Shown: positions 39,785 to 50,192, counted from the first letter of the stretch. The stretch: DNA of 64,000 nt from Candidatus Latescibacterota bacterium (GCA_965198115.1 OZ240241.1:1856001-1920000); one strand, 5' to 3'. Made by a program: numbers and translations. The notes: a model not told the origin generated them from the letters alone.

Positions 39785-40552
39785 ATGCCCGTAGCACTCG
39801 TGACCGGGTCCAGCCGTGGTATCGGGCGAGGCATCGCCTACGCCCTTGCCGAAGCCGGATACGACATCCTTATCAACTACACGAGCAACGAATCGGCCGC
39901 CGCCGAAGCCGCCGACGGCGTGCGCGCCAGAGGAACCCGTGCGGAGGTCGCGCAAGCCGACGTGACCGACATCGATCAGGGTGTCGGTCTGGTCGATCGC
40001 TCGATAGAAACGTTCGGCCGACTCGACATGCTCGTCAACAACGCCGGCATCGCCCCTCGTGTTCGGGCGGACATTCTCGAGGCCACTCGGGACAGCTACG
40101 ACGACGTAATGGCCACTAATCTGCGTGGACCCTATTTCCTGACTCAGCACGCTGCGAATCGAATGATCGACCTCAAAGCCGCCGGCACGATCGACATCGC
40201 GCGGTTCGTCACCATTTCCTCGATTTCGGCCTACACCGCGTCCGTCAGCCGGGGGGAGTATTGCGTTTCCAAGGCCGGCCTGACCATGCTCACGCGATTG
40301 TTCGCCGATCGTCTGGCCGAACACGGTTTCCCGGTCAACGAAATCCAGCCCGGGATCATCCTCACGGACATGACGAATGCCGTTAAAGACAAATACGATC
40401 CTCTGATCGCCGACGGACTCACCCCCATCCGCCGGTGGGGCCGACCGGAGGACATCGGGAAGGCTGTCGCCGCGATCGGACTCGGCTATTTCGACTTCAC
40501 GACGGGCGCGGCCATTCCCGTCGACGGAGGTTTCCACCTTCATCGTCTATGA
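39785..40552 (+). CDS. Classical SDR oxidoreductase (3-ketoacyl-ACP reductase-like)
   Basis: TGSSRGIG, NNAG, YCVSK, PGIILTDM, VDGG. Confidence 0.9.
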   Translation: MPVALVTGSSRGIGRGIAYALAEAGYDILINYTSNESAAAEAADGVRARGTRAEVAQADVTDIDQGVGLVDRSIETFGRLDMLVNNAGIAPRVRADILEATRDSYDDVMATNLRGPYFLTQHAANRMIDLKAAGTIDIARFVTISSISAYTASVSRGEYCVSKAGLTMLTRLFADRLAEHGFPVNEIQPGIILTDMTNAVKDKYDPLIADGLTPIRRWGRPEDIGKAVAAIGLGYFDFTTGAAIPVDGGFHLHRL

Positions 40553-40661
40553 ATCGGCGGTTCGGACCCCGCGAACGTCCCCGAAGTTGACGGATAGGCC
40601 AACCTGACGTAATTTAGACTGTTCAGGTAATTACGACGCTCTACCATCGGGGGTCAAGCGG

Positions 40662-41441
40662 ATGCTCAGGGGCCTGTTCAAGAAAGACGAAGAGAATGGT
40701 GAACTCCAGCGCGAGAAGCAATATGTGCTGGAAGACCAGGACGAGGAGGTCGAGGAAGCGATCTCCCTGCTGGGTGGCGAGGACGGCCGCCTGGACGAAA
40801 CGATGGAGGAAATCGACGAGGCGGTGAAGGAAGCCGCCAAATCTTCCCTCCGCGACATCCGCCTGATGGAGGAAGGGCGTTGCCCATCCTGCGGTCACAA
40901 GACGAATCCCTTCCTGTTCACGACCGTCTGCGCCAACTGCGGATGGTTTTCGCACATTTCTCCCGAAGATGGCCAGTCCATCATCCACCTCAAGAACGGG
41001 GGAACGATCGAGTGCGGCTCGACCTTCGACACGAAGGATTACTACATTCTAGGCATCACGGACGGGGTCGTACGCGCCAAGGTCTCCAAGGAGAACGTCG
41101 AGTACATCGAATTCAGATGGACCGACGAGGAGATTGGAAAAAAGCGGCAGGCCCAGGTCGCGGCTCAGGCCGGTGTCGATGCGTGGACCGAGAAGCCGCT
41201 GTCCGATTACGACAGCGACAAGCAAGTCATCATCTACGCAGCCTTTGGTCAGACGCAAGAACGCTACGTCTTCGGCAATCGTGAAAACGCGGAGGCTTTC
41301 AAGAAGCAGTATCCCGTTCGCGTGCATAAAAATTGTTACAATCGTACGTGCCTCGACTGCGATCTGTGCGTCAAGAAATACTCAGCCGAAGACGAGACCA
41401 TCTTGCACGAGAGCCCGGAGGTAGTGGCTCAGCGCGGATAG
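40662..41441 (+). CDS. Hypothetical acidic, Cys-rich protein
   Basis: Acidic helical N-terminus, CPSCG...CANCG zinc ribbon, HKNCYNRTCLDCDLC; own promoter TTGACG-N17-TAATTT at 40587-40615. Confidence 0.75.
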   Translation: MLRGLFKKDEENGELQREKQYVLEDQDEEVEEAISLLGGEDGRLDETMEEIDEAVKEAAKSSLRDIRLMEEGRCPSCGHKTNPFLFTTVCANCGWFSHISPEDGQSIIHLKNGGTIECGSTFDTKDYYILGITDGVVRAKVSKENVEYIEFRWTDEEIGKKRQAQVAAQAGVDAWTEKPLSDYDSDKQVIIYAAFGQTQERYVFGNRENAEAFKKQYPVRVHKNCYNRTCLDCDLCVKKYSAEDETILHESPEVVAQRG

Positions 41442-41462
41442 CAGAAGCGCGGCCTAAATACA

Positions 41463-41496
41463 GAAGGCGAGTCGACTCGATCGACTCGCCTTCTTC
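41463..41496. terminator. Hairpin between convergent genes
   Basis: GAAGGCGAGTCGA-loop-TCGACTCGCCTTC. Confidence 0.65.
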
Positions 41497-41519
41497 CGTT
41501 TCAGGATAGGAGGGTGTCT

Positions 41520-43424
41520 CTAGACCAACTCCTCCTCCTCGGCGAACAGGAGTTCGGGCTGCGCCTGTTGCTGTTCGAACAGATCGCGATAGACACCCAG
41601 TTGGGCGGCCAGCTCGTCGTGCGTGCCCCACCCCGCCATCCGTCCGTTGTCGAGCACAAGTATCTGATCCGCTCTCTGCGCCGTGGAAATGCGATGCGTG
41701 ATCACGAAGGTCGTCCGATTGGCCATGATGCGATCGAGGGTCCGCTGAATCCGGGCTTCGGTCTTGGCATCCAGAGCCGACGTCGTATCGTCCAGCACCA
41801 AAATACTGGGATCCGTCAGCAGCGCCATCGTAAAAGCCATCCGTTGCTTTTGCCCGCCCGATAGATTCGATCCCCTCTCTCCTACTTTAGCCTCGTATTT
41901 CTCGGGTAGCGACATCACAAAATCGTGCAGCTCGCCCTGCTTGGCCGCCGTCATAATTTGATCCGGCGTTGCATCGTCGCGCCCGTACTTGATGTTCTCG
42001 GCGATCGTGCCCGAAAAGAGGATTGGCTCCTGCGGCACGACGCTGATGTGCCTGCGCAAGGAAGAGATTCGAACGTCTCGAATGTCATAGTCGTCGATCA
42101 GCACGCGACCCTGCGTCGGTTCATACAGACGGAGGAGAAGATTGACCAGCGTGCTCTTTCCGGAGCCCGAAGGGCCGACCACCGCGAGTGACTGCCCGGG
42201 CTGGACGCGAAAGCTGAGATCCTTGAGCACCTCGTCGCCCGCGTCGTTGTATCGGAAACTGACGTCTCGGAAAACGACCCTTCCCTTCACGGAATCGAGA
42301 CGAACCGCGTTGGGCCGATCAGCGATCACGACTTCCTCGTCCAGCACCTCGAAAACACGCGAGATCACGACAACCATCTGCTGCAACGTCGCGTTGACGT
42401 TCGCCAAGGACACGAAGGGATCGAAAAGATGTCCCATGGACATGTTGAAGTAGATCAGTGCGCCGACTGTCAGGTTCCCGTTTCGAACCTCGAGCGCGCC
42501 GAGGTAGAACAGAGCGGCTGTCGCGATGGCGCTGATCGCGCTGCACGTCGCCCCCAATCCCGTACTCAGCATCATACTGCGCAGCGTCAGCCGGAAAATT
42601 TGAACCAACCGGCTGAAGAAGCGGCGGTACTCGCTCCTCTCCTTCGCAAAAGACAGGAGTACCCGGATCCCACGGACCCGCTCCTCGAGAATGCCGTAGG
42701 TGTCCGCAAACGTCTCTCGCTGCCTCAGGAACGCCGTCTGGATGGCCCTCTGGAACATCTTGTAGGTCACGATGTAGGCAGGCATCGCGAGTAGCGCCAG
42801 CAAACCCAACTTCACGTCGATCGTTAGGAGGATGACCGACCCCAGAAGGATCTGCGCAACGTGTCGCGTAGTCGATACGAAGGTCCCGGTCACTTCCGAC
42901 TGAAGCAGCCCCACGTCGTCCAGCACGCGGGACATGATCTTGCCCGTCTGCTGCCGGTCGAAAAACGTCATCTGAAGCTTCTGGATCTTCTGATGCAGGT
43001 CGAGCCGAATACGAAACACGATGCGCTGTCCGACGAAGGCAATGTGGTAATTGTAGAACCAGTTGATCACCGCAAAGGTCGACCGGACCCCGAGATAGAG
43101 GAAGAAGATGAACCAGAGCCACTGAATCTTCTCCGTCCGGCTCTTTTCGTGAACGTGTGGCTGGAAGGGGTCTTTCCACGGAAGAACGGAGTGTGGGTCC
43201 CTCGTGCGAGAGCTGTTTGAGCCAACAGTCGAGGATCCAGCCGCGAGCCCCTCCACGATCGTCACATCCGGTTTGATCTGCAGAACGTTGTCGACTGTGA
43301 TCTTCGTGATGAACCCGAGGATGAAGGAATACGACGAGGTAACACCGGCCATCAGCATGACCATGACCATTCGAAACCAGAATGGACGAACATAGCCGCG
43401 AACGAATCGGATGATCAGTTCCAT
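41520..43424 (-). CDS. ABC exporter half-transporter (TMD+NBD), degenerate-site subunit
   Basis: GPSGSGKS, LSGGQKQR, LVLDDTTS (Asp in place of the catalytic Glu). Confidence 0.93.
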   Translation of the reverse strand: MELIIRFVRGYVRPFWFRMVMVMLMAGVTSSYSFILGFITKITVDNVLQIKPDVTIVEGLAAGSSTVGSNSSRTRDPHSVLPWKDPFQPHVHEKSRTEKIQWLWFIFFLYLGVRSTFAVINWFYNYHIAFVGQRIVFRIRLDLHQKIQKLQMTFFDRQQTGKIMSRVLDDVGLLQSEVTGTFVSTTRHVAQILLGSVILLTIDVKLGLLALLAMPAYIVTYKMFQRAIQTAFLRQRETFADTYGILEERVRGIRVLLSFAKERSEYRRFFSRLVQIFRLTLRSMMLSTGLGATCSAISAIATAALFYLGALEVRNGNLTVGALIYFNMSMGHLFDPFVSLANVNATLQQMVVVISRVFEVLDEEVVIADRPNAVRLDSVKGRVVFRDVSFRYNDAGDEVLKDLSFRVQPGQSLAVVGPSGSGKSTLVNLLLRLYEPTQGRVLIDDYDIRDVRISSLRRHISVVPQEPILFSGTIAENIKYGRDDATPDQIMTAAKQGELHDFVMSLPEKYEAKVGERGSNLSGGQKQRMAFTMALLTDPSILVLDDTTSALDAKTEARIQRTLDRIMANRTTFVITHRISTAQRADQILVLDNGRMAGWGTHDELAAQLGVYRDLFEQQQAQPELLFAEEEELV

Positions 43425-43427
43425 AAA

Positions 43428-45200
43428 TCAGTCTGCCGCGATATCTTCACTCGCACCGGAGAACTGCTGTTCGTAGAGTTCTTTGTATCGCCCGTCCGGC
43501 TTCTGCAGCAATGTCTCGTGATTGCCCACCTCGAGGATTTCGCCGCCATCCATCACGACGATTTTGTCGGAGTTGACGATCGTCGACAACCGGTGCGCAA
43601 TCACGAACGACGTTCTGCCCTCGAGCACGTTGGCCATCGCTTTCTGAATCAGCGCCTCGGACAGCGAATCGAGCGACGACGTCGCCTCGTCCAGAATCAG
43701 AATCCCGGGATCTGTCAGCACGGCACGCGCGATCGCCAGACGCTGCTTCTCGCCCACCGACAGCTTGATTCCCTCATCGCCCAGCAGCGTGTCGTATCCG
43801 TCGGCCGTCCTGACGATGAACTCGTGAATCTCCCCCACACGAGCGGCAGCGATGATCTCTGCCTCGGTAGCATCGGGATTCCCGTATACCAGGTTCTCGC
43901 GAATGCTCGCGTCGAACAGGACCGAATCCTGCAACACCTGCCCGATCTGCGTCCTCAACGAGCGAAGCTGAACGTCACGGATGTCGTGCCCGTCGATCCG
44001 AATCGAACCGCCAGTCACGTCGTAAAACCGCATCAGCAAACTCGTCAAGGTCGTCTTGCCACAGCCGGTATGACCGACCAGGGCGACCATTTCACCCGGT
44101 TCGACGCTGAGGCTGACCCCCTTGATGACCGGCTCGCCCTCGTTGTACTCAAACTCGACGTTCTCGAACTCGACGCCGCCCTTGACGGGGGCCAGAGCCG
44201 GGGCATTCGGTTTCTCGACGATGTCGACCTCGTAGTCCAGGATTTCGTAGATGCGGTCGACGGAAATCATCATCTGCTCGAATCGCATGGCCTCCTGCGT
44301 CAGGTTGAGTACCGGTTGAAAGACGCGCATCGCATATGCCAAAAACGCCATCACGCCCCCGTAGGTCATCTCCCCCTGGATCACGAAGTAACACCCCATA
44401 CAGAACACGATCGTGTTACGCAGACCCGACACCGCCCACACACCGGCGGAGTAACCCGCACGATAAGTCGCCGTCTGCATGGACTGGTCGAACGTTTCCC
44501 GCGTTTCTTCTGTAAAAGCCCGGTTCTCACGACGCTCCTTTCCATACGCCTTCACGAGGTGAACACCACTTAGACGTTCCTGCAACCCGACCGAAACACG
44601 ATCCATCTTCGCGCGCCACGCCCTGATGGAAACCCGGATACCGCCGCGCCATCCGAAGTAGTTGAACAGGTAGAGCGGGAGCAGGACGATCAGGATCGTA
44701 CCCAACCGCCAATTGAGCCCCAGGCAGAGACCGATCGCCACCCAGAACGTCACGAAATCCGTCACGATCGACAGCATTCGCATCGTCACCATACTTCTGA
44801 CCGTCGACACATCCCCCATCACACGCGACATAATTTTGCCCGTGCCCATCCGATCGTAGAACCCCAGCCCCAGCGACAGCATGTGGTGATACAGATGCTG
44901 CCGAATGTCCATGATCAGACGGCTGGAAATAACCTGGATGGTATACGTGTTCAGTACCCTCAGGCCGGAAGCCGTCACAGGTACGGCCAGGGTCAGAAAC
45001 AGGAAGAATTCGAGCCGGTCCCACTGTCCGCCTACGATGATGTCGTCGATGATGAACTTCATCAGCAGCGGGGGCGTCATTTGGATTGCCGTCAGGGTGA
45101 CGGTTATGCCAAAGGCGACCGCGAGACGGCGTTGGTAGGGGCGGACGAACGTCAGGAGCTTCTTTAGATTCCTGGTTTTCGACTCGCTGGGTTCGTCCAT
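43428..45200 (-). CDS. ABC exporter half-transporter (TMD+NBD), partner subunit
   Basis: GHTGCGKT, LSVGEKQR, LILDEATS, IAHRLST. Confidence 0.93.
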   Translation of the reverse strand: MDEPSESKTRNLKKLLTFVRPYQRRLAVAFGITVTLTAIQMTPPLLMKFIIDDIIVGGQWDRLEFFLFLTLAVPVTASGLRVLNTYTIQVISSRLIMDIRQHLYHHMLSLGLGFYDRMGTGKIMSRVMGDVSTVRSMVTMRMLSIVTDFVTFWVAIGLCLGLNWRLGTILIVLLPLYLFNYFGWRGGIRVSIRAWRAKMDRVSVGLQERLSGVHLVKAYGKERRENRAFTEETRETFDQSMQTATYRAGYSAGVWAVSGLRNTIVFCMGCYFVIQGEMTYGGVMAFLAYAMRVFQPVLNLTQEAMRFEQMMISVDRIYEILDYEVDIVEKPNAPALAPVKGGVEFENVEFEYNEGEPVIKGVSLSVEPGEMVALVGHTGCGKTTLTSLLMRFYDVTGGSIRIDGHDIRDVQLRSLRTQIGQVLQDSVLFDASIRENLVYGNPDATEAEIIAAARVGEIHEFIVRTADGYDTLLGDEGIKLSVGEKQRLAIARAVLTDPGILILDEATSSLDSLSEALIQKAMANVLEGRTSFVIAHRLSTIVNSDKIVVMDGGEILEVGNHETLLQKPDGRYKELYEQQFSGASEDIAAD

Positions 45201-45245
45201 TAGACTGGCAGGTAGGCTAAGATTGGAAATCCGCGTAAGTGCTTG

Positions 45246-45274
45246 AATATAAACCTATTCCTGGAATAGATCAA
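45246..45274 (-). promoter_or_regulatory. Promoter of the ABC exporter pair with palindrome in the spacer
   Basis: TTGATC-N17-TATATT; CTATTCC-T-GGAATAG at 45255-45269. Confidence 0.55.
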
Positions 45275-45429
45275 TTTTTGGCAGCCGATCAGGGCATTAG
45301 GTGCATTAATGGAACGATCGAGTTGCCACCAACCTCCCACGTGGACGGTCGGGCTTGACGCATCGGACCGTGGGAACTATGTTCGCAACAGTTCCCTCCT
45401 GGTTTCCGTTTTTCTCCCCTCCGCTACCC

Positions 45430-46716
45430 ATGCCCTCATCCATCGATCCCGGTTCAAAGACCGTCGCCGAGCTGCGCGAACTCGTTTCGAAACGACCGCG
45501 CGGCCTACAAAAGCTCCTCTCACGTCTCGAAGAAGACGAGCGGGCCGGTGTACGTGCGATCGCGGCCGCGGCCCGTCGACGGCAGCGCGCCGAACGCGCA
45601 GAACGCGCGAGGGTGGGCCGTCTGCTCAGGATCGAGCGTAGCTTGCACAAGAAGGGAATTGTCCACATCGCCGGTGTCGATGAGGCGGGGCGCGGACCGA
45701 TCGCGGGCCCGGTCGTCGCCGCCGCTGTTCTGTTTCCCGTCGAGGTGGCCATCCTGGGGGTCGACGACTCTAAGGCGCTCAAGCCCGAACAGCGTGCGCC
45801 ACTCTTCGACGAGATCCACGGAAGAGCGACCTCCATCGGGGTCGGTCAGTGCGACGCCGACGAAATCGATCGGCTCAACATCCACGTTGCGACGCTCACG
45901 GCCATGCGGCGGGCGATTCAGGCGCTTCGGCCAGCGCCCGAACGCATCCTCATAGACGGTAGCCACCTGCCCAAGAGCGGGTTCTACGAAATGGCTCTCG
46001 TCAAGGGTGATTCCCGGTCGCACGCCATCGCGGCAGCCTCCGTCGTCGCAAAAGTGACTCGCGACCGCATCCTCTGCGCGCTCGACGCCCAGCACCCAGG
46101 GTATGGACTTGCCCACCACAAGGGCTACGCCAGCGAAGACCACCTCAACGCCCTCAAGCGACTGGGTCCATCGCCGATCCATCGGCAGTCATTCCACCTC
46201 AATGGCTTTCACACACCGGCGTATCGACATTTTCGCAGCCAAATCGATCAGATTTCGCGTCCCGAGGATCTCCACGCAACGGCACACGACCTGAAAGCAG
46301 CGCGGCTGTCCCTGCCACCCCGGGCGTTCAAAGAACTCCAGGCCCACCTCCGGCAGCGGGAAACGCAGCTCAACCGAACGGGTCCGGCAGGCGAGCGAAT
46401 CGCAGAGACAGAGCTGATGCGCGACGGTTATCTGATTCTCGAACGAAATGTCCGTCTACGAGGAGGAGAGATCGACTTGATCGCGCAGACCGGAGACGTT
46501 ATTGCCTTCATCGAGGTCAAGAGCGCCGGACCCCACGGGTTCGGAGCGCCCGAGAGACGCGTTACCACCCGAAAACAGCAACAGATCGCCCGGCTCGCCG
46601 AAGCCTACCTCCACGAACACGCCACCACGCTATCCCCCCGATTCGATGTCGTATCGGTTGAGATGGCCACCGAGCCGCCGACCGCGGCCATCTTCAAAGA
46701 TGCCTTCCGCGCCTGA
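45430..46716 (+). CDS. rnhB: Ribonuclease HII fused to a C-terminal YraN (UPF0102) domain
   Basis: GVDEAGRGPIAGPV, DDSK, KGDSRS...AKVTRD, HKGY, HRQSF; then GERIA...ILERN...GEIDLIA...FIEVK...RFDVV in the same frame. Confidence 0.9.
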   Translation: MPSSIDPGSKTVAELRELVSKRPRGLQKLLSRLEEDERAGVRAIAAAARRRQRAERAERARVGRLLRIERSLHKKGIVHIAGVDEAGRGPIAGPVVAAAVLFPVEVAILGVDDSKALKPEQRAPLFDEIHGRATSIGVGQCDADEIDRLNIHVATLTAMRRAIQALRPAPERILIDGSHLPKSGFYEMALVKGDSRSHAIAAASVVAKVTRDRILCALDAQHPGYGLAHHKGYASEDHLNALKRLGPSPIHRQSFHLNGFHTPAYRHFRSQIDQISRPEDLHATAHDLKAARLSLPPRAFKELQAHLRQRETQLNRTGPAGERIAETELMRDGYLILERNVRLRGGEIDLIAQTGDVIAFIEVKSAGPHGFGAPERRVTTRKQQQIARLAEAYLHEHATTLSPRFDVVSVEMATEPPTAAIFKDAFRA

Positions 46717-46739
46717 GCCGCCCGCAAAGCGCGTCAATC

Positions 46740-46769
46740 TTGACACGTCAAGAGGTTTCTGGGTAGATT
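46740..46769 (+). promoter_or_regulatory. Probable promoter of hisS-aspS
   Basis: TTGACA-N18-TAGATT. Confidence 0.5.
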
Positions 46770-46880
46770 CGGGCCCTCGTTCGGGGTCCCGCTTCACTGC
46801 ATCAGCCAGCCGATGCGCTCATCTTTGAAACGGAGCTTCGACCAGCCCCGTCAGTGGCATGACCGAACCACCAGCGACCT

Positions 46881-48152
46881 ATGCCGGAACAGATCACCAA
46901 AGTCAAGGGTACCCGGGATTTCTACCCGGATGACTGGGGTTACCAGAAGTGGCTGAGTGGAAAACTGCTCAACGTCGGCCGGCTATTCGGCTACGAGGAG
47001 TACGAGGGCCCGATTCTGGAGCCCATAGAGCTCTACCTCGACAAGACCAGCGAGGAAATCGTTGGGCAGCAGACGTTCACGCTGACCGACAGAGACGGAA
47101 AGAGCCTCGTCATGCGTCCCGAGCTCACCCCCACTCTCGCACGCATGGTGGCTGCACGAGAAGGTCAGATGGAATTCCCCGTCCGCTGGCAGTCCTACGG
47201 GCAGTTTTTTCGCTACGAGCGCCCTCAACGAGGCCGCGGACGCGCCTTTTTTCAATGGAACGTCGATTTACTGGGCCTCGATTCGACCCTGGCGGACGCC
47301 GAGATCATCCACATTGCGTGCGAGGTGTTCAAAGCCCTCGACCTGCCCCCCGATTTGGTCGAGATCCGTCTGAATGACCGTCAAGCGCTGGAATCGTTCC
47401 TCGTCGGCGACATAGGGATTCCGTCAGACCAGATCGGAACCGTCCTGGGCCTGATCGATCGACGAGACAAGATGGGCAGCGAGAAATTCGTAGCCTCTCT
47501 AGCCGAATCTGGCATCCCGGCCTCCCAGGCGGGCGAGTTGGACGATGCTCTGTCCCGTCCCCAAAGGCTTGTCTCGCCGCTTCTCGACGAGGTGATGGGA
47601 CTTCTCTCCGCCCGTGGCGTGGAGGATTACGTTAAACTCGACCTCACGATCGTGCGTGGTTTCGACTACTACACGAGCACCGTTTTCGAAGCCTGGGCGA
47701 ACACCGACCTTCGCCGTGCCTTGTTCGGCGGGGGGCGGTACGATAATCTGACGGTTTTAGTAGGCGGTCGTAAGGAAATCCCCGGCGTCGGCTTCGCTCT
47801 GGGCGACATGGCCATTGCCGAGCTGCTGAAGGAAACGGACAAGATGCCGACACCGACGGGGGCTCCGGCCCAGTTGTTCGTGTCGGTGTTCTCCGACGAG
47901 CTCCTCACCGCAGCCACACACCTGGCCATCCAGGTCAGGGAAGCCGGCATCCCGACCGAACTCGGAACCCGACCCGGACAGCGACTCGACCGCCAGTTCA
48001 GATATGCCGATAGAAAAGGGATTCCCTTCGTGGCCGTGTTGGGCCCGGATGAGGCGACCCGAAACGAAGTGACTCTCAAGGACCTCAGAGATGGGAGTCA
48101 GCAGACCCTCAAGGCCGAGGCCCTGTTGGCGGCCTTGAAACGACAGGAATAG
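46881..48152 (+). CDS. hisS: Histidine--tRNA ligase
   Basis: KGTRDFYP, RPELTP, FRYERPQRGR, VRGFDYYT, GGGRYD. Confidence 0.96.
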   Translation: MPEQITKVKGTRDFYPDDWGYQKWLSGKLLNVGRLFGYEEYEGPILEPIELYLDKTSEEIVGQQTFTLTDRDGKSLVMRPELTPTLARMVAAREGQMEFPVRWQSYGQFFRYERPQRGRGRAFFQWNVDLLGLDSTLADAEIIHIACEVFKALDLPPDLVEIRLNDRQALESFLVGDIGIPSDQIGTVLGLIDRRDKMGSEKFVASLAESGIPASQAGELDDALSRPQRLVSPLLDEVMGLLSARGVEDYVKLDLTIVRGFDYYTSTVFEAWANTDLRRALFGGGRYDNLTVLVGGRKEIPGVGFALGDMAIAELLKETDKMPTPTGAPAQLFVSVFSDELLTAATHLAIQVREAGIPTELGTRPGQRLDRQFRYADRKGIPFVAVLGPDEATRNEVTLKDLRDGSQQTLKAEALLAALKRQE

Positions 48153-48157
48153 ACCGA

Positions 48158-49933
48158 ATGCCCGACACATTGGATGGCTGGAAGCGCACGCATCACTGCA
48201 ACGAGCTCCGCAAAAGCGACATCGGCAAAGAAGTCACCCTGATGGGTTGGGTCGGCAAACGTCGAGACCACGGTGGTGTCATCTTCGTCGATCTACGCGA
48301 TCGCGAAGGCATCACGCAAGTCGTCTTCCGTCCCGATATCGAGCCCGAGATGCACGAAAAGGCCGAGGGGATCCGAAACGAATACGTCCTCGCCGTTCAG
48401 GGAAAGGTCGAACATCGCCCCGAAGGCATGACAAACGAAAACCTCGCGACGGGAGCGGTCGACGTGGAGTGCCACTCGGTCCGCGTGCTGAACGAGGCCC
48501 AGACACCGCCATTCATGATCGAAGACGAGCAGGATCTCAGTGAGGAGATTCGCCTTCGGTATCGGTATCTGGATCTGCGGCGGCCCGAGATGCAATCCGC
48601 GCTCAAGCTCAGACATGTCACTTCACAAGAAGTCCGCAAACACCTGTCCAACAGCGGTTTCCTTGAAATAGAAACACCCTTTCTGATGAAGAGCACGCCC
48701 GAGGGCGCCCGCGATTATCTGGTCCCTTCCCGAGTGCATCCGGGTCAGTTCTACGCCCTGCCCCAGTCGCCGCAGACCTACAAACAGCTTCTCATGATCT
48801 CGGGATTCGACAAATACTTTCAGATTGTCCGATGCTTCCGCGATGAGGACCTGCGAGGCGACCGCCAGCCCGAATTCACGCAGATCGACATAGAAATGTC
48901 CTTCGTCGAGGAGGATGACGTGATGGGAATGGCAGAAACCCTCACGCGCCACCTCTTCAAAGCCATCCTGGACCTGGACATTCCCGACCCCATCCCCCGT
49001 CTGACGTTTCAGGATGCGATGGACCGATACGGCATCGACCGCCCCGATACGCGATTCGGTTTCGAAATCGTCGATCTCGAGGAGGTCGCACAAGCCTCTG
49101 AATTTCAAGTCTTTAAGAGCGTTCTGGACGGAGGAGGGCAGGTCCGAGGGATCAATGCGAAAGGATGTGGTGCCTTTTCAAGAAAACAGATCGACGACCT
49201 GGGTGTCTACGTCGGTCAATTCGGGGCGAAAGGACTGGCCTGGATCAAGACCACAGACACCGGTCTGGAGTCTTCCATCGTGAAGTTCTTTCCCGAGCAG
49301 GCCCAGACGTTAATTCGCGAAACAATGGCCGCCCAACCGGGTGATCTGCTTCTTTTTGCCGCCGATCAACCCTCGATCGTGGCCGATGTGCTCGGCAACC
49401 TGCGTCTCGAACTCGCCAGACAGCTGGATCTGCTCGACAGCGGCACCTATGCCTTCGCCTGGGTGACGCACTTTCCCCTACTTGAGTGGGACGACGAAAC
49501 CAAGCGATTCGTGGCCTGCCATCATCCTTTCACGTCGCCGCTGCCAGAGGATATGGACCAGATGGAGTCCGATCCCGCAAATGTGCGCGCAAGAGCCTAC
49601 GATCTGGTCCTGAATGGGAACGAAATCGCCGGCGGCAGCATCCGAATCAGCCAACGTGATGTCCAGGAGCGCATGTTCCGGCTTCTCGACATCGGCCCGG
49701 ATGAGGCCGAGGCCAAATTCGGCTTTTTACTCGACGCGTTGCGCTACGGGGCTCCACCCCACGGCGGCATCGCGTTTGGATACGACCGGCTGATCGCCGT
49801 CATGGCCCAAAAGTCGTTCATTCGAGACGTTATTCCGTTCCCAAAAACGAACACCGCCGCCTCCCTGATGGACAACGCCCCGTCTGGAGTTTCCGACGCC
49901 CAATTGCGCGAATTGGGCCTTCGTCTGATCTGA
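48158..49933 (+). CDS. aspS: Aspartate--tRNA ligase (probably non-discriminating)
   Basis: RRDHGG, RYRYLDLRR, TPEGARDYLVPSR, LPQSPQ, FRDEDLR, GAPPHGGIAFG. Confidence 0.97.
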   Translation: MPDTLDGWKRTHHCNELRKSDIGKEVTLMGWVGKRRDHGGVIFVDLRDREGITQVVFRPDIEPEMHEKAEGIRNEYVLAVQGKVEHRPEGMTNENLATGAVDVECHSVRVLNEAQTPPFMIEDEQDLSEEIRLRYRYLDLRRPEMQSALKLRHVTSQEVRKHLSNSGFLEIETPFLMKSTPEGARDYLVPSRVHPGQFYALPQSPQTYKQLLMISGFDKYFQIVRCFRDEDLRGDRQPEFTQIDIEMSFVEEDDVMGMAETLTRHLFKAILDLDIPDPIPRLTFQDAMDRYGIDRPDTRFGFEIVDLEEVAQASEFQVFKSVLDGGGQVRGINAKGCGAFSRKQIDDLGVYVGQFGAKGLAWIKTTDTGLESSIVKFFPEQAQTLIRETMAAQPGDLLLFAADQPSIVADVLGNLRLELARQLDLLDSGTYAFAWVTHFPLLEWDDETKRFVACHHPFTSPLPEDMDQMESDPANVRARAYDLVLNGNEIAGGSIRISQRDVQERMFRLLDIGPDEAEAKFGFLLDALRYGAPPHGGIAFGYDRLIAVMAQKSFIRDVIPFPKTNTAASLMDNAPSGVSDAQLRELGLRLI

Positions 49934-50192
49934 TGACGTACCGTTGGTCAGTCGGGGCATCGGGGTCGTCGGGTGTGGTGATTTCGGCCCCGTTTGGGGC
50001 CTTCATGAACCCTAACCAGAATGCTGCAAACGGTTTAAAAAACAACCGCATATTCAGAATTTTCACTTGACTTACGTCATGGGCTGTAGTAAGTTGGTGC
50101 AGCACGCCTATTTAGTAGGCGTCGTCTTTGCCGATTCTCTAAAATACGCAAGATCGTCGGTCGATTTCGTCGAAACCAGGAGAAGCCACTCT

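Noticed and set aside
46770-46880. T-box leader before hisS-aspS
   Set aside because: Too short, and no TGGNACC T-box or terminator visible.
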